Shown piece by piece: positions 17,083 to 26,457 of a stretch of 37,614 nucleotides of DNA (its first letter is position 1; every line of letters begins with the position of its first letter). A program made the translations under genes and the position numbers. The stretch is taken from positions 1 to 37,614 of the forward strand of contig CBDDUX010000069.1 of NCBI GenBank assembly GCA_965234725.1, read 5' to 3'. The notes beneath the pieces were generated by a model. It worked only from the letters and a program-made list of their open reading frames with translations, had not been told where the DNA came from and searched no databases. Source of the DNA: Thermoplasmatota archaeon. Lineage in GTDB: Archaea; Thermoplasmatota; Penumbrarchaeia; Penumbrarchaeales; Penumbrarchaeaceae.

Positions 17083-18218
17083 TTTTACTGATCTATATGA
17101 CCCTCAGGAGCTGGAGGGAGTGCTTCTGCATCATTTTCTGGCCCGGAAGAACCTGGAAGAGCTGGTCCAGATGTAGCGGCAATATTCCCCGCAAAAGTCG
17201 GAGCAAGGTCCACTATCTTCTGGAGCAATGTCTTGGGTTTGCGGCCCATCCTCTTACCATGAAGGTCCTCACGCCACTGATGCATGTTCTTCTCGATACG
17301 AATATTGAGGATGAACAATGCGATTATCACAATGGCAGATACAAGGGCCACAGCTATGAAGATCAGGGCCCAGGAATCCATCAAAGCAGTATTGTCGGTC
17401 ATCTCAGGATGGCTGTCCCCATCGAAGATATCGGTATTTGCCTCAACCTCCTCTGCATTGGAGAAACCGTCCTCATCGAAGTCCATGGTCCCATCAAGTG
17501 GATTGAAAGGATCAAGCTGGAGGATCAATTCCATTTCATTGGTTATACCATCAAGGTCAGAATCCTCGTTCATCACCTCAAAAGGCTTGAAAACCACCTT
17601 GGAATAGGATTTCCCATCATAGGCACGGATCGACAGATTGTGATTTTCATTGGTCAGTGTCCTGGTATTGATAACAGCCTTCCAGGTTTCTCCAGTCACT
17701 GCTGCTTTCCTCCAGAGACCACCATCAATACGGTATTCAACGAAATCCACAAATCCAGAATCATCGGATACCGTACCTTCGACCTCCACACGGTCCTTCA
17801 GTTCACCTGTCATGAGACTGGTGATCTGAACAAGGGGCGGAGGTGTCAGTGAACCGGATCCGATAACACTCTCGATGGTTATAGTGAACTCAAGGACCTC
17901 GGAATAGTCCCTCCCGTCATAGGCACGGACGAACACATCATAATCACCCCTGCTCATATCTCGGATATCAAGCAGATACTGCCAGACATAGGCACCTTCC
18001 GCGACTTCCCAGTCATCCTCGTAGAGGAAACCATCCTTCTCAACGATACCGACCTCAACCCATCTGAGGGATTTCTCAATATCATTGGCAGAACCTCGTA
18101 TATAGAACATATCATCGATGATACGCCCGTCGAACAGATTGTTCACAACAACTTTGGGAGCATCATTGATGGAACGGATACCAACTGTGAATGTGGAGTA
18201 AGATGTGTCCATCCCATC
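17083..18218. repeat. 1136-bp exact direct repeat, copy 2
   Basis: Matches 12843-13978. Confidence 0.95.
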
Positions 18219-21050
18219 ACTGGCCTCAATTGAAACCGATACAATTCCATTATAGTCCATATCAGGGTCCACATGGAGATAGTTACCGTTGTCAAGATAG
18301 ACATTCACCCTGGATGAAGATGGCGTGAATGACACAGATAGGTCCTCTGTTCCGCCGTCTGCATCTGAAATGTACTCGGAGATGAAATCCACATTGCCAG
18401 TGTACTTAGAGTCCTCATCAAGGATGATATCTGGTATCATGGAGATCCCCGGAGGATCGTTCACAGGTGATATCATGATGGGTATCGTATGGGAGGTCTG
18501 TCCGTAAAGATCGTAGGGATCGTCCGATGTGAATATCTGGAGATAATACATACTCTTTTCATAGTTATAATCAGGAGTTGATCCGATCACAAGGATGAAA
18601 TTATCGGGATCGTCCGTATACTCTGGGGGAAGGACCGTCATGGTGATCTCCCCTCCTGTACGATATATTTTGAATCCCTCATCATTGGAAATGTCGAGAT
18701 AGGTCTCGTTCATATCCTTGTCAAGCAGCTTGAAACTGAGATGGATGTCCTGACCTTCCACATCGGAGAAGTATGGTTCACCGTCTCCCGAGATCAACAT
18801 GGATATCTTTCCGGTTGCAATAGCTCTTCCTGTAGGAGCAGAATACTCAATGAGTATGGGATCGATCCCCTCTTCACCCGAGATCTCAGGAAGTTCCATA
18901 GTAGCATATGGAAGATCGTTCACTGGCTCGATCGTGATGGTGAAGGGGTCAGTAAGTACATCCTTTCCTCCATCATCTCTGGCGCCTAGAACCACCTTCA
19001 CATCACCATTCCAGTTCTCATCCTTGCTTGTGTCTATACCAAGGTAGACCGGTCCTCCGGGAGTGGCCGACTCGGTGATAAAGAGGTCAACATGGTTCTT
19101 CTGTGAGTTGGTCTTGACCCAGTAATCGAGAGTTGCGGGATCCTGATCAACATCATCAAAGAATTGTGATATCTCGATCCAGGTAGGTGTTGAAGTCCCC
19201 TCCTTAACGGGGGGAAGGCTGATCTCGCTGACAGAGGGTGGGTAGTTGGGTTTGGTTCCAAGGAGGTCGAGGTTATCCAACTGGATGATGCCGTCAGTAT
19301 TGGATGTTATGTTGATCGGAATGAGGGACATTCCGTCCTCATTGGTAGAGACAACGGAGTTAAGCTCATCGAGGATGGAACCGGTGGTTGGGTTGAAGTT
19401 CACCCTTGCAGTGTAGTCGTAGTTGATCCTGAGGTTGTCAATTACGATCTTTCCGGCACTGTCGGCCGACAATTTGATCGGAACATAGGTGAACTCGTTG
19501 CCGTATAGATCGACCTCGTCGGGAAGATGGCTCGCAAGATAGGTGTTCATTGCATTCGCATATGCCGGGGTTCCGCCTATACTTTGCCTCCCCACAAAAG
19601 CTCCGGTATGAGAATATTCGATATTATCGTCGGCTCCGATATCGATTGCAAGTCCTGTGGATTCCAGGTCGTATCCAACCCTCAGTTTCGGATAGTACTG
19701 CTGGTATGAGGAAGAGGCAGTGTACAATGGGTTGTAGGTATAACCACAGTAGGTGAAGTAGAAACAGTTCTTCGACCATGGTTGTGAAGAGACCATATTA
19801 TCGTTGTAATAAGTGTACTCATGTTCGAAATGGGGTTCATCCGAGTAATCGGTCTTATACATCGTCAGCATGATACCGTTATTGTCCAGAGCTCCGGTGA
19901 CCCACTCCTGATATAGATCGCTCAGATCATATGACACATCGTAAAGGTCCTGATAGGAGGTGGTATAGAAATGATCCTCCATTTCATAGGTATCCACGGG
20001 TGTTGTCCTGTTACTGGGAAGATAATCATTATACCAGTCCGGGAAATAGTCCGGCCATGGATTCATATAAAGGTAGTCGTAAGAATATTGGTCATATACA
20101 TTGGAGAATTCATCAGGATGTTCGCTTGTGACCGCAAACGCTCCATAGTCCTTTGCCGCCGAGAAATATCTGGATGGCGGTTTGGCTATCCAATCGAACC
20201 CGTAGGAACTGCTGTAATGATACCTCCTAATGGGATAGTTAAGCTCATATTCAAGGATCTGGGCCCCCGGTGGAACTGCAAAATCGGGATGATCGAGATC
20301 CCATGCGAGGTATCCCCTGTTCAGATATGAGATATATCTTTCGTATGAAGTTGATTTGTATGGGTAACCGGTGTATACGTTGTTCATAAAATATGAACTC
20401 GTATAATCCATGTACTCCTTTGGATAATAGTACCCATATCCATACCAGCTGTCGGAGCTGGTGTAGTAGTCGTAATCGTAATTGTAAGCATAAGCCCTTG
20501 CAACCTCTATTGTATTGTCAGAGTTGAACATAGATTCCTGAAAGGTTGGAAAAAGAGAATGTTCGGCATCGAACTCGACATTGCTAACAGTGGCCCTGCT
20601 GGGGAGCTTTATGAACGCATTCACCCCGTCTGGTGGTGGAAAGAATTCCTGGGACTTACCTTGCTTCATCCTGTTGTCGAACAGAATGGATTGGTTTCCC
20701 CATTGACCGACACCGGGTCCGGAGAACCTGTACTCGTCTCTTCCGTTGTTGCCAAGGTCCACAGCAACGTTGGAGGGGTAGTACCCGTTAAGTGGGTCTA
20801 CGGAGATATCGAACGTTAGCCCGTCATATGTTGCATTGTTGTAAACGAGTATATTCGCCTCATTGTTGTACCTTTTTCCATCCCTGCTATATATCTCAAG
20901 GGAAGGATCGGTGACATTGATGAAACTCTCCTCGGTCCCAATGCCGAACTCCTCGGAATCTATGGTCTTGTTCTGGAGGGAGAGTACTCCCTGGATCAAT
21001 GCCATGCTCACCATCAGAAAAATCGTACCCAATATCAGGAATTTCTTCAT
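17085..21050 (-). CDS. Large membrane-anchored surface protein copy 2 (tandem paralog)
   Basis: Collinear with copy 1, 1321 aa, SD ggagga; C-terminal ~377 aa identical to copy 1. Confidence 0.9.
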   Translation of the reverse strand: MKKFLILGTIFLMVSMALIQGVLSLQNKTIDSEEFGIGTEESFINVTDPSLEIYSRDGKRYNNEANILVYNNATYDGLTFDISVDPLNGYYPSNVAVDLGNNGRDEYRFSGPGVGQWGNQSILFDNRMKQGKSQEFFPPPDGVNAFIKLPSRATVSNVEFDAEHSLFPTFQESMFNSDNTIEVARAYAYNYDYDYYTSSDSWYGYGYYYPKEYMDYTSSYFMNNVYTGYPYKSTSYERYISYLNRGYLAWDLDHPDFAVPPGAQILEYELNYPIRRYHYSSSYGFDWIAKPPSRYFSAAKDYGAFAVTSEHPDEFSNVYDQYSYDYLYMNPWPDYFPDWYNDYLPSNRTTPVDTYEMEDHFYTTSYQDLYDVSYDLSDLYQEWVTGALDNNGIMLTMYKTDYSDEPHFEHEYTYYNDNMVSSQPWSKNCFYFTYCGYTYNPLYTASSSYQQYYPKLRVGYDLESTGLAIDIGADDNIEYSHTGAFVGRQSIGGTPAYANAMNTYLASHLPDEVDLYGNEFTYVPIKLSADSAGKIVIDNLRINYDYTARVNFNPTTGSILDELNSVVSTNEDGMSLIPINITSNTDGIIQLDNLDLLGTKPNYPPSVSEISLPPVKEGTSTPTWIEISQFFDDVDQDPATLDYWVKTNSQKNHVDLFITESATPGGPVYLGIDTSKDENWNGDVKVVLGARDDGGKDVLTDPFTITIEPVNDLPYATMELPEISGEEGIDPILIEYSAPTGRAIATGKISMLISGDGEPYFSDVEGQDIHLSFKLLDKDMNETYLDISNDEGFKIYRTGGEITMTVLPPEYTDDPDNFILVIGSTPDYNYEKSMYYLQIFTSDDPYDLYGQTSHTIPIMISPVNDPPGISMIPDIILDEDSKYTGNVDFISEYISDADGGTEDLSVSFTPSSSRVNVYLDNGNYLHVDPDMDYNGIVSVSIEASDGMDTSYSTFTVGIRSINDAPKVVVNNLFDGRIIDDMFYIRGSANDIEKSLRWVEVGIVEKDGFLYEDDWEVAEGAYVWQYLLDIRDMSRGDYDVFVRAYDGRDYSEVLEFTITIESVIGSGSLTPPPLVQITSLMTGELKDRVEVEGTVSDDSGFVDFVEYRIDGGLWRKAAVTGETWKAVINTRTLTNENHNLSIRAYDGKSYSKVVFKPFEVMNEDSDLDGITNEMELILQLDPFNPLDGTMDFDEDGFSNAEEVEANTDIFDGDSHPEMTDNTALMDSWALIFIAVALVSAIVIIALFILNIRIEKNMHQWREDLHGKRMGRKPKTLLQKIVDLAPTFAGNIAATSGPALPGSSGPENDAEALPPAPEGHIDQ

Positions 21051-21212
21051 GTTATTCCTCCAACGAACCTCTATTTTTAATAGCTGAAACGAAGTCTGAA
21101 ACCGTTTTCTAAAACCTAATCACTATTTAAATAATTTTTCCTAACGGCTTTTCATTGTATATAAGAGAAGCAGGTAAATATTAAAAATAAAAATCCAGCT
21201 GGTATGATCATT

Positions 21213-21641
21213 CTAAATAATGATGGACCATAGGACGATGGTCATCAGGATGATAATAAGGATTGCGATACCCAATATCCAAAGATAATAGGTCCTTGGC
21301 AGTCCCTCTTTGAACCCTTTTGTTCCGAAGATAATCGGTATCGGACCGATGAATATCACACCTCCTCCATCGAAGTTCTTATCCGAAATAGTAGAGGTAG
21401 GACCTGGACTTCCTCTTTGATCACTTGAAGGTCCGATCCTGGAAAAGAAAAAGATAAAAAAACCAATGATCAGTAAAAGGACCGATATCAATGGAAGAGG
21501 TCCCTGCATCACAAATACCGGGATGATAAGGACCAAATATATCCTGACCTGGCCCAGAACAATTGAAGCAATAATCCCTGAAAGTCCAAGCAAGATCAGG
21601 AGAACTCCCAATATCATCAAAGGTCTTTTCTTGGATATCAC
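21213..21641 (-). CDS. DUF131 (TIGR00304-like) membrane protein
   Basis: GGGVIFIGPIPIIFGT signature, multiple TM segments. Confidence 0.85.
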   Translation of the reverse strand: MISKKRPLMILGVLLILLGLSGIIASIVLGQVRIYLVLIIPVFVMQGPLPLISVLLLIIGFFIFFFSRIGPSSDQRGSPGPTSTISDKNFDGGGVIFIGPIPIIFGTKGFKEGLPRTYYLWILGIAILIIILMTIVLWSIII

Positions 21642-21715
21642 GTAACCTGATCGTTCAGGCTGTATTCAGGCCTTTGCGTGGAAAGATATATGTCATGATC
21701 CCTGATTCGGGGGGT

Positions 21716-22675
21716 ATGGACCATTCAACGGTTACCCTGATTGGGCCTGAGGAATGGGCGGGCTCAATAGGAAAGGAGACCTCCAACACATCATTCAGCA
21801 TCCGGGCTTTGAAGAAGGATGAGAGGATCGTCTCTGTTCTTTACCCCTCAAAATATCCCGAAAAGATATGGTCCCTGCTTTTCAGCATCTCTTTGACAGA
21901 CAGAGTCCTCCTTAATGTGGAGAAAATTGACAGGGAATTGGGTGAGACCATCATCGCCCTCGATCTCGCAGGCCCAGAAAAAGGATCCTTTCATCTCTCC
22001 GAGAATATGGACCGGTCCAGATTCGAAGCCCTTATCAAGGGAACCATCATAGAAAAATGGGAAGAAATGGACCCGGACCCCAATATCATCAGGGAACAGC
22101 TTCTGGAATATGGAAATGAATGGCCGGAGGGACCGGATGCCGTGGTCGTTGACCAGGCTTTCCCTGTCAAAGGAGTTGGCACGGTTGTCCTGGGATTCGT
22201 CATTTCTGGAAATATCAGTAAGCATCAGGAGCTTTTTGCCTTTCCCGGTGGGAAACGCACACAGGTCAGATCGATCCAGATCCATGACAAGGACCACTCA
22301 TTGGCACCAGCAGGGGCCAGGGTCGGCCTTGCTTTGAAGAACATCGATCCAGAGGACCTGCCAAGAGGAAGTCTCCTATCGGTCGAGGGAGGAGGGATAG
22401 AGAGAAAAGAGGTCCTTGAACTTGACCTCAGGATCTCAAACTACTGGAAGGAGGGCATAGAGGAAGGATCCCATATGCACTTATGGTCATCCCTTCAATT
22501 CGTTCCGGTCACAGTGGAAAAGGTAATCGATGAGATCGGATCGGACCAGGGCAAAAGGATCAAGGTCAGGGTGAGACCTGAAACGGCCGTCTGGACCTCT
22601 CCTTTTTCCAGGTTCGGTCTTGTTCATCTGGACAGCAAGTCCTTCAGACTTTTCGCTGCGGGAGAAACTATTTAG
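21716..22675 (+). CDS. Archaeal SelB-like protein (aSelBL): degenerate G domain + EF-Tu domain II/III
   Basis: VVVDQAFPVKGVGTVVLG, VRSIQIHD, ARVGLALKNI..EDLPRG (domain II); no GxxxxGK P-loop. TATA-like gaaagatatatg ~30 nt before ATG 21716. Confidence 0.8.
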   Translation: MDHSTVTLIGPEEWAGSIGKETSNTSFSIRALKKDERIVSVLYPSKYPEKIWSLLFSISLTDRVLLNVEKIDRELGETIIALDLAGPEKGSFHLSENMDRSRFEALIKGTIIEKWEEMDPDPNIIREQLLEYGNEWPEGPDAVVVDQAFPVKGVGTVVLGFVISGNISKHQELFAFPGGKRTQVRSIQIHDKDHSLAPAGARVGLALKNIDPEDLPRGSLLSVEGGGIERKEVLELDLRISNYWKEGIEEGSHMHLWSSLQFVPVTVEKVIDEIGSDQGKRIKVRVRPETAVWTSPFSRFGLVHLDSKSFRLFAAGETI

Positions 22676-22716
22676 CGCTCCCGGGCAATCCGCCACACAA
22701 GCAGGGGGATGTGCAA

Positions 22717-23910
22717 ATGGAGATAGGTCTCGTCGGAAAACCCAACGTTGGAAAATCGACCTTTTTCGAAGCCTCGACCCTGGCCGGGGTAGAAATCGCT
22801 GACTATCCGTTCACCACCATCAAGGCCAACGTCGGCATGGGATATTTGAGGACACCGGACCCGGGGGGAGACCTCGGTGTCACCCCCCAACCAAAGAACT
22901 CAATAGTCCTCGGGGATGTCAGGCTGGTCCCTGTTGAACTCCTTGATGTCGCCGGCCTTGTCCCTGATGCTCATTCAGGTAAAGGACTGGGCAACCAGTT
23001 CCTGGATGATCTCAGACAGGCAAAGGCCTTTATCCATGTGGTGGATGTATCGGGTTCCACTGATGCTGAGGGAAATCCGGTCGACATAGGATCCCATGAC
23101 CCATCCTCCGACATTGGTTTTCTGGAATATGAGATAGACCAGTGGTTCCTCTCAATAATCAAAAAAGACTGGACCAAAGTATCGAGAATGGCTGAATCCA
23201 CACACACCCCGATCGAAAGACTCCTTTCCGAGAGGCTGACTGGCCTGGGGATCAACATCCCTCACATAACGGAAGGGATCCACCATCTTGGTCTGAACGA
23301 CAGACCAGCTCACTGGTCTGACGAGGAGTTGATAGATCTTTCCATGGAGCTTCGGAAGAACTCGAAACCCATGATAATTGCCGCTAACAAAGCGGATAAG
23401 GCCACTGACGAGATGATCGAGGCTCTGACAAGATCAGCATCTGGCCACCTCATCATACCAACCTGCTCGGAAGCTGAGATGGCCCTGAGGAAAGCGGACA
23501 AGGCAGGATTGATAGAATATGTTCCAGGTAGCCCTGAATTCAAGATACCGGACCCTTCCAGGCTCAATACCGCTCAGATGAAGGCTTTAGACAAGATCAA
23601 AGATATCCTTGATCGGTTCGGCTCCACTAATGTTCAACAAGCGCTGGAAAAAGCAGCATACGAACTCCTGGACCTTATAGTGGTCTTCCCTGTGGAAGAT
23701 GAACACAAGTATACCGACCATGACGGAAGGGTCCTCCCTGATGCCCATCTGATGAGAAAGGGCTCCACCGCCAGGGACCTGGCCTACAAGGTCCATTCGG
23801 ACCTGGGTGACAAGTTCATAAAGGCGATCGATTGTAGGAACAGACGGACCATAGGTGCCGACCATGAACTCAAGAACGGAGATGTGATCAAGATCCACTC
23901 CAACGCCTAG
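22717..23910 (+). CDS. ychF: Translation-associated OBG-family GTPase (archaeal YchF/Ygr210-like) with TGS domain
   Basis: GLVGKPNVGKST, YPFTTI, DVAGLV, GLGNQFLDDLR, ANKAD, C-terminal TGS (TARDLAYKVHSDLG). Confidence 0.9.
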   Translation: MEIGLVGKPNVGKSTFFEASTLAGVEIADYPFTTIKANVGMGYLRTPDPGGDLGVTPQPKNSIVLGDVRLVPVELLDVAGLVPDAHSGKGLGNQFLDDLRQAKAFIHVVDVSGSTDAEGNPVDIGSHDPSSDIGFLEYEIDQWFLSIIKKDWTKVSRMAESTHTPIERLLSERLTGLGINIPHITEGIHHLGLNDRPAHWSDEELIDLSMELRKNSKPMIIAANKADKATDEMIEALTRSASGHLIIPTCSEAEMALRKADKAGLIEYVPGSPEFKIPDPSRLNTAQMKALDKIKDILDRFGSTNVQQALEKAAYELLDLIVVFPVEDEHKYTDHDGRVLPDAHLMRKGSTARDLAYKVHSDLGDKFIKAIDCRNRRTIGADHELKNGDVIKIHSNA

Positions 23911-23922
23911 GAGGGACCTTGA

Positions 23923-26433
23923 TTGGATGTTAGGCTCCTTGTGATCAGCGGTCATTACAGAAGGGACCTGGACGATGTCGCGATAGAACTCTTCGGTAGG
24001 GGGGAGGATGGCAGATCGTATACGGTTCTATACAAGGGATTCAGACCCTATTTCTATATCGTTGAACCCGGGGAAGATATCCGCGAGGCACTTGGATCCG
24101 ATCCCGAGGTGCTGGAGATCACCAACAGGGACCTGTGGACGGGGGGCCGTATTCGAAACTGCCTGAAAGTGACCATACGTTTTCCCTTCGATATACCAAA
24201 ATATCGGAAGAAATTCCAGGACAAAGGTTACTCGATCCTTGCAGCTGACATCCCGTTCATCTACAGGTTCTTCTACGATCTTGACCTTGGAAGCTATCTG
24301 GAAGTAGAGGGAGAGATCATCGATGACGAGAACTTCACAACTGATTCTGTCATAAAAGCGACATCCTTCAAGAAAGTGGAGCCGTTCAAGGTCAAGCTGA
24401 AGGTCCTTTCCTTCGATATAGAGAACTCCATCAGGTCAGGTGAGCTATACATGGTGGGTCATTCCACTTCATGGATGGATCCGGTGGATGAGAAGGATCT
24501 GGACAGCGGTCATGTCGTTCCCTCATTGGATATGGAGGAACAGATGGAAAGGGAGGACATGGTCATCCAGGGACTGGAGGATATCATAAGGTCCAATGAT
24601 CCCGACATAATAACCGGCTACAACATCGACGGATACGATATTCCCCATCTCATGAGAAGGGCTCAGACCCTCTCGATCGAAGGTATCAGGATGGGAAGGG
24701 ATGGATCCTATGTTGAAAATAAAGGGTTCCGTTCATGGAGAGCGAAGGGAAGGATTGTCGTCGATGCATGGTGGGAGGCAAAAAGGGCATTCAGACCGAA
24801 GAAGGAGACCCTGGAAGCTGTCTCCACCATGCTCTTCGGAGAGGGAAAGGATGATATCGACACCTCGATCATTGAAGAGGAATGGGCGAATAGAAGAGAT
24901 GAGGTCATCTCCTACTGCGAGAAGGATGCCGAACTTGCCTTGAGGGTCCTTGACCGTACCCAGGCTGTCAAGAAGGCCATGGCCTTATCCTATGTTGCCA
25001 AACTGCCTCTATTCGATATCATATCCGGAACCACATCTAATATGATTGATTCCATCCTAATCAGGGCGGCCGACAGGAATGATATCGGCATACCCATGAC
25101 CCGAAGAGAAGCAAAGACATCAAAGATCGAAGGTGCCTACGTTCATTCCATCGAACCGGGACTCTATCATTGGGTGATCGTACTGGATTTCAGGTCCATG
25201 TATCCTTCCTTGATGATAGAGAACAATATCTGTTTCACAACATTTACAGGTGAGAGTGACGGTAACATACCATCCCCTATTCCAGGGATATTCTTCTTAG
25301 GACCGGAAAAGAGAAAGGGGCTTGTCCCTGCCATTCTGAAGGACCTGATGGAGGACAGGATCAAGGCGAAAAGGTCCATGAAGGGGACCGATGATCCACA
25401 GGAAAGGGAATTCTATAATGGACTTCAGGAGGCCATAAAGGTCCTGATGAATTCATTCTATGGTGTATTTGCCTCCTATTTCTACAGGTTCACGGATAGG
25501 TCCATAGGTTCTTCCATAACCGCTTATGCCAGAGAGAACATCAAGGGCATCATCTCTACTCTACAAAACGAAGGTATGGAAGTGATCTATTCTGATACCG
25601 ACTCTGTTTTCGTCAGGTCACCTGCAAACAACCTTGATGATACTGTCAGATCAGGGATGGAGCTCTCCAAGAGGTTCTCTGACGGGGCGAGGGTGCTGGA
25701 GTTCGAAAAGGTCTTTTCAAGCTTCTTCACACACGGAAAGAAGAAAAGATATGTCGGGAAGGTCGCCTGGCCGACCGAGGACCTAATTGTCAGGGGATAT
25801 GAGATGAGAAGGACAGATTCCTTCGACCTACAAAGCGAGACCCTATCCCGGGTCTTCGATCTGGTCCTTGATGGAAAGAAGGATGAAGCACTGGAATATT
25901 CAAAAACAATGGTCCAGAGCGTCAGGTCCGGTGAGGTCCCTACTGATAAACTGGTGATATCCAGGTCCGTTCAGGAAGTGGAGGAGGACAGGATCAGGGA
26001 GAAGTACAAGAACCCCGACTCCATGGCAAACATTCAAGCTTTAAGGAAGACCAGAAAGCTGGGTATCGAGCTCGTTCCAGGTATGAAGGTGTCCTGGATC
26101 GTTGTTGATGCAAAGGCAAAACCTCAGATGGTGGAACCTTACATGAACGAGGAGGGGCCACATCCTGTACCTGACCTGTCATATTACGCAGAAAGGCTAG
26201 CCTCCACCCTTTCAAGGGTGACCGAGGTATTCGGAGTTACCGAAAGTGAGTTGCTATCAGGGGTCTCACAAGCATCCTTGTTCGACGATTTCTCCACTGT
26301 GGAAGAAAACCCACATGGGAAGGATAGATCATCCGGGAAAAAGGAGAAAAAGAAAAAGGCAGCAGATGATGGAGATGTATCAACTGAAGGGTCAAGTGAA
26401 CCCGGACCCGTCACGCTGGACAGATGGATGTGA
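23923..26433 (+). CDS. polB: Family B DNA polymerase with 3'-5' exonuclease
   Basis: SFDIE, GYNIDGYD, YCEKDA exonuclease motifs; LDFRSMYPS, KVLMNSFYG, YSDTDS, KKRY polymerase motifs; PIP-like QASLFDDF. SD ggaggga before TTG. Confidence 0.95.
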   Translation: MDVRLLVISGHYRRDLDDVAIELFGRGEDGRSYTVLYKGFRPYFYIVEPGEDIREALGSDPEVLEITNRDLWTGGRIRNCLKVTIRFPFDIPKYRKKFQDKGYSILAADIPFIYRFFYDLDLGSYLEVEGEIIDDENFTTDSVIKATSFKKVEPFKVKLKVLSFDIENSIRSGELYMVGHSTSWMDPVDEKDLDSGHVVPSLDMEEQMEREDMVIQGLEDIIRSNDPDIITGYNIDGYDIPHLMRRAQTLSIEGIRMGRDGSYVENKGFRSWRAKGRIVVDAWWEAKRAFRPKKETLEAVSTMLFGEGKDDIDTSIIEEEWANRRDEVISYCEKDAELALRVLDRTQAVKKAMALSYVAKLPLFDIISGTTSNMIDSILIRAADRNDIGIPMTRREAKTSKIEGAYVHSIEPGLYHWVIVLDFRSMYPSLMIENNICFTTFTGESDGNIPSPIPGIFFLGPEKRKGLVPAILKDLMEDRIKAKRSMKGTDDPQEREFYNGLQEAIKVLMNSFYGVFASYFYRFTDRSIGSSITAYARENIKGIISTLQNEGMEVIYSDTDSVFVRSPANNLDDTVRSGMELSKRFSDGARVLEFEKVFSSFFTHGKKKRYVGKVAWPTEDLIVRGYEMRRTDSFDLQSETLSRVFDLVLDGKKDEALEYSKTMVQSVRSGEVPTDKLVISRSVQEVEEDRIREKYKNPDSMANIQALRKTRKLGIELVPGMKVSWIVVDAKAKPQMVEPYMNEEGPHPVPDLSYYAERLASTLSRVTEVFGVTESELLSGVSQASLFDDFSTVEENPHGKDRSSGKKEKKKKAADDGDVSTEGSSEPGPVTLDRWM

Positions 26434-26457
26434 GGTGAAGTTCTGAGGGACCTCTAC

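Noticed and set aside
12857..17852. Duplicated plus-strand ORFs (251 aa and 107 aa)
   Set aside because: Antisense shadows of the surface-protein genes, duplicated only because of the exact repeat.
12845..21050. Diversity-generating retroelement TR/VR pair
   Set aside because: No reverse transcriptase in the window. The long repeat has no mismatches, and differences elsewhere involve all four bases rather than being adenine-specific.
21716..22675. True SelB / selenocysteine machinery
   Set aside because: No P-loop and no C-terminal extension; matches the non-Sec aSelBL type.
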